This document shows positions 55,881-64,000 of a stretch of DNA of 64,000 nucleotides, in pieces (the stretch's first letter is position 1; each line of letters opens with the position of its first letter). The stretch is from a virus (taxonomy: Duplodnaviria > Caudoviricetes): positions 1 to 64,000 of the IMG/VR virus record IMGVR_UViG_3300037851_000941; one strand, 5' to 3'. The notes under the pieces were generated by a model. The model had not been told where the DNA came from and did no database searches. It saw nothing but the letters and a program-made list of their open reading frames with translations. The position numbers and the translations under genes were made by a program.

Positions 55881-56080
55881 GATCTACCTCCCTTGCCCAC
55901 CTTCACGACGGTCGCCTCGATGCCGTAGTCGCCTTCCAGCTCGACGACTGACAAGATAATGGTCTTGCCATTGTCTAGCTGGAGCCACCGCACGTTCCCA
56001 AACGGACGGCCACTGGGGCTGACAGTCCGCTCCTGATGCACCTCCACGATCTTGCGCCCCACCACATCGGACGCTTTCAT
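55877..56080 (-). CDS. Small hypothetical protein
   Basis: MKASDV start with AAGGAGG RBS. Confidence 0.55.
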   Translation of the reverse strand: MKASDVVGRKIVEVHQERTVSPSGRPFGNVRWLQLDNGKTIILSVVELEGDYGIEATVVKVGKGGRS

Positions 56081-56712
56081 GGCTCCTCCTTTTGCTGGTC
56101 TATCGGCCCGACCAGCTCCCGCGACAGGTCCATGGGGCGCCTGGCGCGGCCGGCCTGCTGCGCGGCGTCGTGGCAGGAGCAGGCTCCCCGGCACATGCAG
56201 GACGGCCCGTGGAAGTGATCGCACGGGTGGATCGCGCTCTCCGGCTCCCGGTCGCGCGCAGCCTCCCACGCCTCGCGCACGGCCCGTACTGCGAACGGCT
56301 CTGGGGCACCCGCATCGATCCAGTCTTGCTCGCTCCAGGGAGCGCGCCCGGCAGCCACCGAGGCCAGCTCCTCGGCCGTCAGCGGCCGGAACCCGCCGCG
56401 CGGCTCGACCTCGCCCACCGAGCTGTCCTCACGCTCCGGGAAAAACACGTACCAGCCCTCCCAGATCGATAGACCGGCCGGTGCGTCCGCGAGGCCCAGG
56501 TCGTCGAGGCGCTCAAAGCCGTTCTCCTCGACCTCGAAGGCCAGGTCGCCGCCAACCCAGTGCAGCACGGCCCCGCGATTCTGCGTGCCCCGGGCGCCGT
56601 TGGAGGCCACCACAGCGCGGGACGGCAGGCACCGCCAGCCGCGCTCGGTGGCCCACGAGTTCCACCGGGTCTGCTTGCCCGCACCGGGCAGCGAGAAGAT
56701 GTCCGTGGTCAC
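56077..56712 (-). CDS. Hypothetical protein, paralogue of 54766..55182, with Cys/His-rich tail
   Basis: Shared motifs; CDHFHGPSCMCRGACSCH near the C-terminus. Confidence 0.65.
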   Translation of the reverse strand: MTTDIFSLPGAGKQTRWNSWATERGWRCLPSRAVVASNGARGTQNRGAVLHWVGGDLAFEVEENGFERLDDLGLADAPAGLSIWEGWYVFFPEREDSSVGEVEPRGGFRPLTAEELASVAAGRAPWSEQDWIDAGAPEPFAVRAVREAWEAARDREPESAIHPCDHFHGPSCMCRGACSCHDAAQQAGRARRPMDLSRELVGPIDQQKEEP

Positions 56713-56936
56713 AGAGCCCCTCCGGTGGTCGCGCCCACGGCGGGGTTGAGGTCTGCCGGAGTAAGCCAGCGCCAGGCACGAGACCCGTCGTGCCACCGCA
56801 GCGAGGCACTCTTGCCGTCCGGCCACTGCAGGGTCGCCATGTCCGAGTAGCTCGGGGAGACCGAGATAACAGCGGGCTCCCCCGCTCGCTCCCCCACTGC
56901 CATTGCCCACAACTGCTGCCACCTGTCGTCGCTCAT
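56709..56936 (-). CDS. Small hypothetical protein
   Basis: MSDDRW start, coupled overlaps. Confidence 0.5.
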   Translation of the reverse strand: MSDDRWQQLWAMAVGERAGEPAVISVSPSYSDMATLQWPDGKSASLRWHDGSRAWRWLTPADLNPAVGATTGGAL

Positions 56937-57997
56937 CGTTCGCCTCCTTGCTCGTCCTCTACCTGCTCGTTCTCGTGGCACGCCGCGCACACCATCTTGC
57001 CGGCAATGTCCTTGTCCTGCCCCGGCATCACGGGCTCGTCGCAGCGGTCGCAGAGCCCCAGCGGCTCCACGTCCGTCGTCTTGGGCGCCGGCAGCCGCAG
57101 CGTGCGGCAGATCATGTCGCGCTCGTTCGCGAACACCGGGGCATGGACGCACTTAATGATCTGCCGCACCCGCACCTCGGCCGAGGCCCTCTTGCTGCCG
57201 ATCTCCATCAGGCCGCACGTCTGCATCTCCATGATCGCGTCGAGTGCCCGGTCGGCCGCCACCACCAGGTTGTGATCGGTGTCCCCGAAGTCGTGCCGCT
57301 CCATCGCCGCCAGGCAGTGCTGGAGCGCCACGCGCATGTCGTCCACCACCCGCACGGCCAGGTCGCGCATGCTCTCCGCGCCGTGTCTGGCCACCTCCGC
57401 GTCCGAGAGCCGGCTGTCCTTCGACGCCTGCTCCAACGAAAGGCGTGACTCAAGGTCCCGTTTCTCGGCGAGCAGCCCGGCTATCTGCGCGGCGTCCTCC
57501 CGGTGCTTCTGCCGCGCCGCCCACGCCTCGTGCAGCGCGGGCGTCCAGCGCGGGTCCGCCTTGTCGTCGTGCGGCATCTTCGGATCGCCGCACAGCTCGC
57601 TCGCCACCATCGACAGCTGCGCCGATGTCAGCGCGTGGACGGCGCGCGTCTTGTCCAGGGCCTCCTCGGCCGCTGCAGCCCTCGCGCCTAGCTCCCGGTA
57701 GCCGTCGAGCCTCTGGTCGGCTGCACGCTCGACCATGAAGCAATAGTTGGCCTGCGCCTCGTCGCGCTCCCGCATGAGCGCGCCGGCGCGATCCTCGGCT
57801 TCGCGCCACGCGAGGTGCTCGCGCAGGACCTCGACGCACCAGGCGCACGAGCTGCCGTGCTCCCCATGCTCGCGGTAACACTGGATCGGATGACCGCACC
57901 GCATGACGGCGGGCGCAGCCCCGGTACCGTCGCAGAGCAGACATCCGTTCTCGGCCGCGCTAGATGAGCCCGTGCCGTTGCAGCGCGGGCAGATCAT
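56933..57997 (-). CDS. Coiled-coil protein with DnaJ-type CxxCxGxG finger and C-terminal Cys4 finger
   Basis: CPRCNGTG...CLLCDGTG; CDRC...CAAC. Confidence 0.55.
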   Translation of the reverse strand: MICPRCNGTGSSSAAENGCLLCDGTGAAPAVMRCGHPIQCYREHGEHGSSCAWCVEVLREHLAWREAEDRAGALMRERDEAQANYCFMVERAADQRLDGYRELGARAAAAEEALDKTRAVHALTSAQLSMVASELCGDPKMPHDDKADPRWTPALHEAWAARQKHREDAAQIAGLLAEKRDLESRLSLEQASKDSRLSDAEVARHGAESMRDLAVRVVDDMRVALQHCLAAMERHDFGDTDHNLVVAADRALDAIMEMQTCGLMEIGSKRASAEVRVRQIIKCVHAPVFANERDMICRTLRLPAPKTTDVEPLGLCDRCDEPVMPGQDKDIAGKMVCAACHENEQVEDEQGGER

Positions 57998-58269
57998 GGC
58001 TGCCTCCCGCGCAGCGCCCGCACGCGGTCGAGAGCATCCTCCCATGTGTCGGCCGTCTGTTCGCACCCGAGGACGGTCATGAGCTGCTCCAGCATCTGGC
58101 GCGCGATCATCGTGCTCATCAACCCCACCTCGTCGGCAGGGCGCCAACCGGCATCGCGCAGGTCCTGTTCACTCGCGTACTCGATCTCATGGGGGCGTGG
58201 TGCCTCGGACGCCCTGTACGGCGCCGTGAGCAGCGCCCATGGTTGTCTGTGGTCGTACGTGATCGGCAT
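57994..58269 (-). CDS. Small hypothetical protein
   Basis: MPITYDH start, coupled. Confidence 0.5.
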   Translation of the reverse strand: MPITYDHRQPWALLTAPYRASEAPRPHEIEYASEQDLRDAGWRPADEVGLMSTMIARQMLEQLMTVLGCEQTADTWEDALDRVRALRGRQP

Positions 58270-58502
58270 CAGGTCCTCCCGCCGCGCAGCAGGCCGGCCA
58301 GGTGCCGGCTGGCCTCGTGGCCGGTCGCAAACCCCCGGCGCTCGATCTCCACCTCCTCGATGCCGTCCCCGTCGTCGATGACCTGCTCGGTGAGCAGCAC
58401 GAGGTCGCACGGCCCTTCCAAGTCGCAGTCGTCCTCGTCCCGCCAGCCGGCGGCAGGCCGGCCTTTCGGCACCACCCGCATGATGCAGTAACGCTCGCTC
58501 AT
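58269..58502 (-). CDS. Small acidic hypothetical protein
   Basis: MSERYC start with AAGGAG RBS. Confidence 0.5.
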   Translation of the reverse strand: MSERYCIMRVVPKGRPAAGWRDEDDCDLEGPCDLVLLTEQVIDDGDGIEEVEIERRGFATGHEASRHLAGLLRGGRT

Positions 58503-58711
58503 CGTTCTTGCTCCTTTCGTTCCTCTTGCTCCTTGGCCCCGCACTCCTGCGCGTGGTCCCAGACCTCGCGCGGCCCCCGGCACCGGAAGCCGCACTCGCA
58601 CCCGTACCAGCGCGACCACGCGACCAGGTTGTCGCCGGCCGGCGCCAGGAAGCGCCCCAGCGCCATCGTCTCGGCATGCACGAACCCGCGACGCCCGTCA
58701 CTGCCGATCAT
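58499..58711 (-). CDS. Small protein with C2HC-type finger
   Basis: CECGFRC...WDHAQEC. Confidence 0.45.
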   Translation of the reverse strand: MIGSDGRRGFVHAETMALGRFLAPAGDNLVAWSRWYGCECGFRCRGPREVWDHAQECGAKEQEERKEQER

Positions 58712-58917
58712 GCGCCGTAGCCCTCCTCCCACTCTGCCTCGTAGAGCAGCGCCTCCCAGGCGGCCTCGTCAATGCCTGTGAGTTCGCGCGCCAGCTCGAA
58801 CGTGCGCCGGTACGTGAGCCCACGCGCTCGCAGGGCGTCAACGGCCCGCGCCGCCGCCCCGGGGCTTCGCCCGCGCACGGCGGTCTCCAGTAGCTCCTTG
58901 ATCGTCATCGCCACCAC
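58708..58917 (-). CDS. Small hypothetical protein
   Basis: 69 aa with GGAGG RBS. Confidence 0.5.
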   Translation of the reverse strand: MVAMTIKELLETAVRGRSPGAAARAVDALRARGLTYRRTFELARELTGIDEAAWEALLYEAEWEEGYGA

Positions 58918-59320
58918 CTCCTGCTCCTTGGTTCTTACTCGTCAACTCTCGCTCCATGGCCGCCGCCAGCAGGCGACGCAGCTCGGACAGGACCAGCGCC
59001 GGCACCCGGCTGCCCACCGGGCAGTCCACGGTGCCGACGGCGCCGTCCAGCTCCACCTCCACCACCCTCTTAATGACGCGCCTCTCGTGCAGGCAGGAGA
59101 AGCGCCGGCCCGCGATGATGCCCGAGCGGGCGCGGGCTATGTGGCGACCCAGCGGCCGATACCACGGGCCGTCATACGTGGGATAGAACGCCTCGGCCAC
59201 GTTCAGGCAAGCGTGGCGAAGGCGCTCCCGGCAGGCCGCTGCCTTGCACCACGGGCAGATGAGGCGTCGTTGGTGCTCGGCGACCAGCCGCCGCCAGTTG
59301 TCCCGCAGCGTGCCGCTCAT
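58838..59320 (-). CDS. Hypothetical protein
   Basis: 160 aa, ATGA-coupled start. Confidence 0.45.
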   Translation of the reverse strand: MSGTLRDNWRRLVAEHQRRLICPWCKAAACRERLRHACLNVAEAFYPTYDGPWYRPLGRHIARARSGIIAGRRFSCLHERRVIKRVVEVELDGAVGTVDCPVGSRVPALVLSELRRLLAAAMERELTSKNQGAGGGGDDDQGATGDRRARAKPRGGGAGR

Positions 59321-59523
59321 CGCTGCTCGGTCCGCTGGAGCATGCGCAGCGAGCGCATGAGCTGCCGGAGCATCTCCCCGTCGAGGTGGCAGCCGGCGGC
59401 CGGCTCGCTCTCGCCCCGACGACAGATGCCCAGCCAGACGCCGCGCTCGCCCTCCTCGGCCCGCAGCACCAGGCTCCCGTTCCAGCCCGGCAGCCGCACC
59501 TCGCGCGTCGCCTTGTTAGCCAC
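59317..59523 (-). CDS. Small hypothetical protein
   Basis: Probable GTG start VANKATREV with GGAAG RBS-like sequence. Confidence 0.4.
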   Translation of the reverse strand: MANKATREVRLPGWNGSLVLRAEEGERGVWLGICRRGESEPAAGCHLDGEMLRQLMRSLRMLQRTEQR

Positions 59524-59722
59524 GCCCCGCTTCCTCCTCGTAAGGGCCGAACTCACCCGCGCCGTCGAAGTCGTAGCGCCCGTCCGGGCTCTCGACGACG
59601 ACCCCATAGTGGTAGTCGTGGGCCAACCTCCTGGCCCTGTCGTAGCACTCGTCCTCAGGGCCGACGAACAACACCGCCCCGGGGGAGCCTGGCTCTATCA
59701 CCCGCACGCTGTACTGCCTCAT
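59516..59722 (-). CDS. Small hypothetical protein
   Basis: MRQYSV start with AAAGGAGG RBS. Confidence 0.55.
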   Translation of the reverse strand: MRQYSVRVIEPGSPGAVLFVGPEDECYDRARRLAHDYHYGVVVESPDGRYDFDGAGEFGPYEEEAGRG

Positions 59723-60132
59723 CTGTCCTCCTCCTTTCCTTCCTCCTCGTCTAGCCACGTCTCCCACCACGCCTGCGCAATGCGCATGGCCAGGTCCATC
59801 ACGGACGAGCCCACGCCGCCGCACCAGTCGCAGGTGTGCAGCGTGTCGGTCTTGCCGTCGAACAGGCACCCCTGGCCCGAGCACTGGGAGCACGCGGGCA
59901 GGCCGGCGCGCCACTCTATATGAATGGCGCGCACGCCGCCGAACCGGTCACCCGGGCGCTCGTGAACAAAGGACAGCTGCGCCGTCCCGGGATCGCCCTC
60001 GGCCCTGGGGTCGCGCCCCAGGATGCGAAGGCGCGGCATGAGCGGGTGAGCTGGCTCCGCTGCGATGGACAGATGACCGGGCCTGTGAACCCATCGCAGC
60101 TGCCGCACGGCAGCGAGGTCACGGCTCGCCAC
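59719..60132 (-). CDS. Hypothetical protein with DnaJ-type zinc finger (start uncertain)
   Basis: CSQCSGQG...CDWCGGVG. Confidence 0.45.
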   Translation of the reverse strand: MASRDLAAVRQLRWVHRPGHLSIAAEPAHPLMPRLRILGRDPRAEGDPGTAQLSFVHERPGDRFGGVRAIHIEWRAGLPACSQCSGQGCLFDGKTDTLHTCDWCGGVGSSVMDLAMRIAQAWWETWLDEEEGKEEDR

Positions 60133-60352
60133 GGTCCACCCGGCCCTTGCGCTCGCGCTCGTCCACGATGAGCCCGCCCACAAAGAACGCCAGCTCGCCC
60201 TTGCGCATGTGGTCGACGCGCATGCGCTGGCCGGTCAGCCGGTCGACCACGTTTACCACGCGGCCGGGCGACTCGGCCACGTAGCGGGACATGACGCCCT
60301 TGCGCTCGAACTCCCGATTGAGCTTGGCGCGCAGCTCAGCCATGGGACCCAT
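60119..60352 (-). CDS. Small hypothetical protein
   Basis: AAGGAGG RBS. Confidence 0.5.
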   Translation of the reverse strand: MGPMAELRAKLNREFERKGVMSRYVAESPGRVVNVVDRLTGQRMRVDHMRKGELAFFVGGLIVDERERKGRVDRGEP

Positions 60353-60944
60353 GTTGCACCTCCTTCTCGGTGAGCAGGGCGTGCAGGCGCCGCACGGCGG
60401 CCAGCGCGTAGAACAGCCGCGTGCTCGGCACCCGGCCGGCCGACCACGGGGTCGAGTCGCCAAGGGTCGCCGCCTCGTTCCCCAGCACCCGCAGATATTC
60501 CTCGTGCGTCTGGCAGCCCCGTAGGTGCTCCAGCAACCGCGCCCGCTGCTGGTACTCGTGCGTGTTGCCGGCGGCAGCCGCCACCCAGTCGCCCATCTCC
60601 TCGCGCATCACGGCGTCATCCCAGTCCACCAGGTCGGCACTGCCCCCGATGGCCGCCTTCTCGGCCGCGTAGTCGAGGTGTGCCGAGGCAACCCAGGCCA
60701 CGCGATCCACCGCCCCGGGAGGTCCGTAGCCGAAGACGACGTGCTGGATGTCGCCCCCCACGTACAGCTGCCGATTGGCCAGGCACACGACCTCGAAGCT
60801 GTAGAAGCCTGTCCAGTCGTCGGGCTCGTTGCACCGCTGCACCACCCACCAGCCGTCCGCCACCTGCTGCCTGATCGAGTGCTCGGAGAATCGGCTCTCC
60901 GCGATGCTGGACCACCTGCTCACCCACTCCGTTCGCTGCGTCAT
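60336..60944 (-). CDS. Hypothetical protein
   Basis: MTQRTE start with AAGGAG RBS; LYVGGDIQHVVF...LDYAAEKA. Confidence 0.55.
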   Translation of the reverse strand: MTQRTEWVSRWSSIAESRFSEHSIRQQVADGWWVVQRCNEPDDWTGFYSFEVVCLANRQLYVGGDIQHVVFGYGPPGAVDRVAWVASAHLDYAAEKAAIGGSADLVDWDDAVMREEMGDWVAAAAGNTHEYQQRARLLEHLRGCQTHEEYLRVLGNEAATLGDSTPWSAGRVPSTRLFYALAAVRRLHALLTEKEVQHGSHG

Positions 60945-61468
60945 CTTCCTTGCTCCTTTCGTTGTCGTTGTTGTCGACCACCGCTCTGCCCCATACGCGA
61001 CTGCACCAGACCCCAGGCCGCGATGCACAGCGCCTCGGCCTCGTCCTCGCCGGCGACCACGCCGAAGCGTGACCGCGCGTATGCCACCGCTGCGGGCTTG
61101 CCCAGTGCCCCGTTGCCGAGCACGAGCCGGCGCCACGTCTGCGGCAGCACCCGCGAGATGCGTGCCTTGGGCACCCCCGCCAGCTCCAGCGCGAGCGCCC
61201 AGCGTCCCCAGGCAGCACCGAGCCCGAAGACGGTCTTCGAGTTGCGGGCGTACTTCGCCCAGCCCGGCGACCAGGTCTCGGCCGCCACCGCTAGCCTCCC
61301 GCCGCCGCGCTTCTCCTGGTCGGTGGCCACCTGGACGGCCGCCACGATCTCGCTGGCAGAGCGCGCGGACCCGGATGCCACCCTGGCGCCCCGAGCATCG
61401 AGCACGGCCCAGCCGCTCGTGGCCCCCGGGTCGATGCCCAGGCAGCAGGACTCAGAACAGCGAGCCAC
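60941..61468 (-). CDS. RuvC-like Holliday junction resolvase
   Basis: LGIDPGATSGWAVL, AAE, VLPQTWR, EDEAEALCIA. Confidence 0.85.
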   Translation of the reverse strand: MARCSESCCLGIDPGATSGWAVLDARGARVASGSARSASEIVAAVQVATDQEKRGGGRLAVAAETWSPGWAKYARNSKTVFGLGAAWGRWALALELAGVPKARISRVLPQTWRRLVLGNGALGKPAAVAYARSRFGVVAGEDEAEALCIAAWGLVQSRMGQSGGRQQRQRKEQGR

Positions 61469-61799
61469 TGTCGCCCCCCGCCTGAGTGCCCCGGCGCACG
61501 CGCGCCCGTCCTGCTGTCATGGGCACCGCGTCGCCCGGCAGCTGCGCGGCCGATGCCCGACGCCCGCGCGCCCGCCCCGGCTCGGCCCCCGGAACTGCCA
61601 AGGGCGGCCTCGCCTTGGCGGCCAGCAGCTCGGGTCGCACCGCGTGCGGTCGCACCTGGCACTCGGCGCAGTAGTGCTCCGCCGTGCGCTGCTTGCCCTC
61701 GTCGACGAAGCGCACCGTCCACTCCGGCGGCAGGGCGCCGGTCTGCCGGGAGCAGGGCGCCTCGGCCGCGCAGCCGTCGCATCGATAAATGATGCTCAT
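61452..61799 (-). CDS. Cys4 zinc-finger small protein
   Basis: CDGC...HYCAEC. Confidence 0.5.
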   Translation of the reverse strand: MSIIYRCDGCAAEAPCSRQTGALPPEWTVRFVDEGKQRTAEHYCAECQVRPHAVRPELLAAKARPPLAVPGAEPGRARGRRASAAQLPGDAVPMTAGRARVRRGTQAGGDSGSLF

Positions 61800-62524
61800 G
61801 ACGACCCCGCCAGGCGACGGCGCCGCGCTCGCCTCGGCACCGACTCCTGCGGCGCCGCATCGGCCGGCGTGTCCTCGTCATCGCTCCCGGCCCCGGTCGG
61901 GGCTGCCCGACGCCGCTGCAGGGGCAGCGGGGGCTCCGTTTTGCCGCTCGGGGCGTGGGCGCGCGGCACGTAGCGCGGTGGACGCTGCCCGTTCAGGAGC
62001 CAGGTCGGCATCACGTCCTTCCGCCGACAGGCCCGCGCGACGGTCGTCTGCCGATCGACCCGATCCCGGCACAGCAGACCATCCTCGGTCAGCTCCCCGG
62101 CGGGCCAGTACCGCTGAATGTGGGCCAGCAGCTCGTCGCGCCGCGCCTCCAGGGCACCGTCGAGCCCCCCGCTGGCCTCGATGGACCGAAAGGTCTCCAG
62201 CACGTCGAGGAGCAGACCGAGGTTGCCCGCGCTCCACGCCTCGGCCCGCGCCACGTCGCCGCGCCACTCGGAGATCTTCGCGGCCAGCCGCTTGTCCTCG
62301 CGACTGGAGCGGGCGCTCTGCCCGCGCAGCATGGCCGCCCACACGTCGTTGTCATCCTCCGGCACCACGGCCGGTCGCTCCGGGAGCGCCGATGGCCTGT
62401 ACCTGGCCAGGTCGGCCAGCACCGCGTCCGCGATCACCAGTCGGGACGCCAGCGGCACCGGGCGCCCCTTGCCCATGCCGCTCAGCGCCTCCCCGATGAA
62501 CGCGGTCCAGTTCACCCTACCCAT
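61796..62524 (-). CDS. Hypothetical protein in the replication module
   Basis: 242 aa with AAGGAGG RBS. Confidence 0.55.
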   Translation of the reverse strand: MGRVNWTAFIGEALSGMGKGRPVPLASRLVIADAVLADLARYRPSALPERPAVVPEDDNDVWAAMLRGQSARSSREDKRLAAKISEWRGDVARAEAWSAGNLGLLLDVLETFRSIEASGGLDGALEARRDELLAHIQRYWPAGELTEDGLLCRDRVDRQTTVARACRRKDVMPTWLLNGQRPPRYVPRAHAPSGKTEPPLPLQRRRAAPTGAGSDDEDTPADAAPQESVPRRARRRRLAGSS

Positions 62525-62527
62525 CGT

Positions 62528-63118
62528 CTACCTCCTTGGCTTGCGCCCCATCAGTGCCTTGGCCTCGCGGTTGAGGCGGTTGTACTCTTCCACGTCCCCG
62601 GCCTGCTTGGCCGCGCGTGCCGCGTCCTCCAGCTCGCGCAGCCACTCTGCGGCCTCCCCCGTCACGGGCTCGGGCGTCGCCGAGTCCGGCAGGCGCCCGA
62701 TGCGCTCGATATGGCCCTCCACGACCTCGCAGTTGCGGAAGATCGTCCTGATGTCCAGGTAGGTGGTGCCGGTCTCGTTCTCGCCGCAGTGGTACGGTGA
62801 CGACAGCGCGCCGTCCACCGCCCGCTTGAGGTCCGCGACGCTGAAGCCGTCGCTTGCCAGGCGTGCCCGGATCTTCTGCGCACGATCGGGGCTGAGGCGG
62901 GCACGCGCCTTGCCCGTGGCCTGTCGCCAGTGCTCGTAGACCTCCTGGATCGCCGACGCCAGGTCGGACTGCGCCTTCTGGACCCGCGTCTGGTAGATGG
63001 CATCCTCGGCGTCGCGCGTAGTACCGACACGCGCGGCCGGCCTGGCTGGCCCGGCGTCGTCTGCCTCGATGAGCATGGCCAGCTCGCGCAGCAGCTCCGC
63101 GATTCTCCTCTTGTCCAT
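62528..63118 (-). CDS. Replication initiator-like protein (conserved phage C-terminal domain)
   Basis: VYEHWRQATG...KIRARL...FSVADLKRAVD...YLDIRTIFR; GGAGGGAG RBS. Confidence 0.6.
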   Translation of the reverse strand: MDKRRIAELLRELAMLIEADDAGPARPAARVGTTRDAEDAIYQTRVQKAQSDLASAIQEVYEHWRQATGKARARLSPDRAQKIRARLASDGFSVADLKRAVDGALSSPYHCGENETGTTYLDIRTIFRNCEVVEGHIERIGRLPDSATPEPVTGEAAEWLRELEDAARAAKQAGDVEEYNRLNREAKALMGRKPRR

Positions 63119-63264
63119 CGCTCCCTCCGATGAGTGAGGGTGAGCCGGGCAACCCGCCCGACGATGGCGACCAAGCGCAGCCCGATACCAGCGAGCAAGG
63201 AAAGCTGACTCGGGGTTCCTGGTCGCCATCGTCGGGCGGGCCGCCCATGGCCCGCCCCGTCTGG

Positions 63265-63804
63265 CTAGAACGGCAGGTCGTCGTCCTGGATGCCCGGGTC
63301 GCCGTCGGCGTCCCCGGGGAACCCGCCGCGCCCGAGCGCCTGCCGCTCGGCCTCGTGCTCGGCGATCCACTGGTTGATGACCTCCACCTGCTTGTCGTCG
63401 ATGTCCCGAAGGAACATCTCGATGGTCGCGTACTTCGTGATCGCGCCCTGCTGGTTCGGCTCCGACCGGATGCCGACCCGCGCCAGGAACGGGCGGAAGC
63501 ACAGCGCCTCCCGGGTCTCCATGTCGCTGTCGAGGTCGAAGGGCTCCTGGTAATCCATGGCGGCGGTCCACCGGCCGAGCTTCCACCACGTCTCCTCGTT
63601 GGTGTAGACGCGCTCGGTGAACTGGTGGTCCTTGAGCGGCCCGTGAATGACGCGGAACTTGCACTTCAAGAACGGCTTGGCGTTGCGGCTCTGGCCGCGC
63701 GAGAACCCGATGCACGCCAGCAGGTAGTCGCCGGCCACGGTCAGGTAGCGGCCGTCATTGCCCTCGTCGCCTTGGTGCTGCTTTGGATCGAACTTCCTAC
63801 CCAT
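63265..63804 (-). CDS. Single-stranded DNA-binding protein (DUF669-like)
   Basis: GDYLL...LKCKFRVIHG...WKL; acidic DDDLPF C-terminus. Confidence 0.75.
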   Translation of the reverse strand: MGRKFDPKQHQGDEGNDGRYLTVAGDYLLACIGFSRGQSRNAKPFLKCKFRVIHGPLKDHQFTERVYTNEETWWKLGRWTAAMDYQEPFDLDSDMETREALCFRPFLARVGIRSEPNQQGAITKYATIEMFLRDIDDKQVEVINQWIAEHEAERQALGRGGFPGDADGDPGIQDDDLPF

Positions 63805-64000
63805 GATCTACCTCTCCTTCCGTTTCGTTCGAGCGCGGCGCGGTCGCTCGCGCATCGTTCCCGTTCTGTGCCTTTCGCCTGGCGGTGGTGCGCCTGGCAG
63901 TCGCCGGCGCCTTGCCCTGATGCAGCTCCGGGTCGGTGGCCGGCTCGTAGCCGCCGAGGTCCAGCGGGGGCACCGAGGCGGCCTCGGCATCCCGGCTTGA
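63797..64000 (-). CDS. C-terminal end of a gene entering from the right edge
   Basis: High-GC3 frame SSRDAEAASVPPLDLGGYEPATDPELH...DHG* ends at TAG 63797, overlapping the SSB start. Confidence 0.55.
   Translation of the reverse strand, partial: SSRDAEAASVPPLDLGGYEPATDPELHQGKAPATARRTTARRKAQNGNDARATAPRSNETEGEVDHG

Larger units (their letters stand above)
1..64000 (-). mobile_element. Tailed dsDNA phage or prophage segment, myovirus-type morphogenesis plus replication genes
   Basis: Co-oriented terL, portal, MuF, protease, capsid, sheath, tube, tape measure and baseplate genes in phage order; both ends run off the window. Confidence 0.97.

Noticed and set aside
1-64000. Many long plus-strand ORFs (e.g. 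32492..35578, 39495..41996, 21537..23840)
   Set aside because: They are antisense shadows of well-supported minus-strand genes in high-GC DNA, with Arg/Ala/Gly-rich low-complexity translations and no motifs.
1-64000. CRISPR array, tRNA, rRNA, integrase/att site, IS element, holin-endolysin cassette, diversity-generating retroelement
   Set aside because: No regularly spaced repeats, cloverleaf, recombinase, transposase or reverse transcriptase motifs were recognised by eye. Such features may lie outside the window, or short ones may have been missed.

Overview
The window is a contiguous 64 kb segment of a high-GC tailed phage genome or intact prophage with a contractile (myovirus-type) tail. 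Almost every real gene is on the minus strand; the long plus-strand ORFs are GC-rich shadow frames, and the one exception is an inserted HNH gene. In transcription order (right to left) it holds: (1) replication/recombination genes (SSB-like, initiator-like, RuvC-like); (2) about 25 small accessory genes; (3) terminase small and large subunits; (4) a ~6 kb DNA-modification island between terL and portal (queD, queE, folE, unknown, radical SAM, QueD-like, GT-B glycosyltransferase, TGT-like, ParB-N), with three reading-frame lesions; (5) a head module (portal, MuF, a 1894-aa prohead-protease polyprotein, scaffold, major capsid protein, neck); (6) a tail and baseplate module (sheath, tube, chaperone with slippery site, tape measure, LysM, hub, spike, fibres, sulfotransferase, gp25, baseplate J). 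Two candidate new systems stand out. One is the head polyprotein, which joins an HxH-repeat region, a nucleotidyltransferase, two LigD-phosphoesterase-like domains, a Dam-like methyltransferase, an ATP-dependent DNA ligase and a C-terminal XkdF-like protease, with the last conserved protease strand apparently encoded by the next gene. The other is a QueC-less 7-deazaguanine pathway coupled to a glycosyltransferase and a radical SAM enzyme. All family assignments come from motif recognition by eye; no database searches were run. A myxobacterial-type host is only an impression from GC content and remembered gene content. No integrase, att site, lysis cassette, tRNA or CRISPR array was recognised.
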